Part shown: positions 63,710-64,000 of the stretch, piece after piece
Numbering within the stretch: position 1 is the first letter of the stretch
Layout of the letters: each line of letters opens with the position of its first letter
From: Actinomycetota bacterium
GTDB taxonomy: Bacteria > Actinomycetota > UBA4738 > CALAEC01
Direction of reading: 5' to 3'
Length of the DNA stretch: 64,000 nt
NCBI GenBank assembly: GCA_050693155.1
Contig: JBOGWA010000146.1
Coordinates: 8,975 to 72,974 of the forward strand
Translations under genes and position numbers: made by a program
Notes under the pieces: model-generated
What the model was told of the DNA's origin: nothing
Database searches by the model: none
What the model saw: the letters and a program-made list of their open reading frames with translations, nothing else

Positions 63710-64000
63710 CATGCGAATCCTGATCCTCGGAGGTGACGGCTATCTCGGATGGCCAACGGCCATGCGCTTCTCCGCGCGTGGTCACGACGTGCACTGCGTC
63801 GACAGCTATCTGCGTCGTCGCGCGGTCCGGGAGGAAGCAGCCGACTCCCTGACCCCCCTCGCCGACTCACTGCCGGCCCGCGCCGAAGCATGGAAAGCGG
63901 TCGGCGGGAGAGAGATCGGTGTGACCGAGGGGGACCTCTGCGACTGGGAGGTCGTCGAGCGCTCCTTTCGGGAGTTCGCTCCGGAAGCAATCGTCCACTA
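63710..64000 (+). CDS. sqdB: UDP-sulfoquinovose synthase (SqdB/SQD1/Agl3 family short-chain dehydrogenase), 5' part; gene continues beyond the window
   Basis: MRILILGGDGYLGWPTAMRFSARGHDVHCVDSYLRRR…SLTPLADSLPARAEAWKAVGGREIGVTEGDLCDWEVVERSFREFAPEAIVH aligns closely with the SQD1 N-terminus (…VIGGDGYCGWATALHLS…VDNLVRR…[36 protein letters not shown]…FEPDSVVH). Confidence 0.75.

Noticed and set aside
1-64000. CRISPR arrays, rRNA genes, IS elements, integrases, prophage
   Set aside because: None found. There are no regularly spaced direct repeats with unique spacers and no transposase or integrase-like ORFs. The HNH endonuclease at 37146..37628 is a stand-alone conserved gene without terminal repeats or a partner mobility gene.

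Overview
This is a high-GC (about 70%) chromosomal segment with the gene content and order of an actinobacterium (Actinomycetota). Most of it is core genome, almost all on the minus strand.

Left to right it contains:
- a branched-chain amino-acid ABC importer (livM partial, livH, livJ-type binding lipoprotein) preceded by an ANTAR response regulator;
- tRNA-Leu(CAA);
- a DppA-like D-aminopeptidase;
- two tandem paralogous membrane proteins;
- dnaE1 with a well-defined promoter and operator-like palindrome;
- rluD-lspA-dksA-like, divergent from ileS;
- two tandem membrane-anchored proteins with DNA-binding-like tails;
- a complete dcw division and cell-wall cluster (mraZ-rsmH-ftsL-ftsI-murE-murF-mraY-murD-ftsW-murG-murC-murB-ftsQ-ftsZ) continuing into pgeF-yggS-sepF-yggT-divIVA, with no ftsA and no ddl, as is typical for actinobacteria;
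- an HNH endonuclease and an enoyl-CoA hydratase;
- a MoxR-DUF58-transglutaminase triad;
- MerR and DUF3040 genes;
- an SOS-controlled mutagenesis operon (LexA box, a small W/R-rich ORF, dnaE2, an MFS gene, dinB) with no imuA/imuB in the window;
- an accessory-looking region from about 50.7 to 64 kb.

That last region has a Tat-secreted phospholipase C, a GT4 glycosyltransferase, three paralogous alkaline-phosphatase-family phosphodiesterase lipoproteins, a very large fusion membrane protein (GT-C-like domain plus MFS domain), and the start of a UDP-sulfoquinovose synthase (sqdB). I read this region as a candidate phosphate-limitation membrane-lipid remodelling system. The most novel signals are the fusion membrane protein and the SOS operon.

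No CRISPR array, rRNA or obvious mobile element was found. Coordinates of features I counted by hand (non-CDS) may be off by about 3 bp, because hand counting did not always agree with the ORF track.
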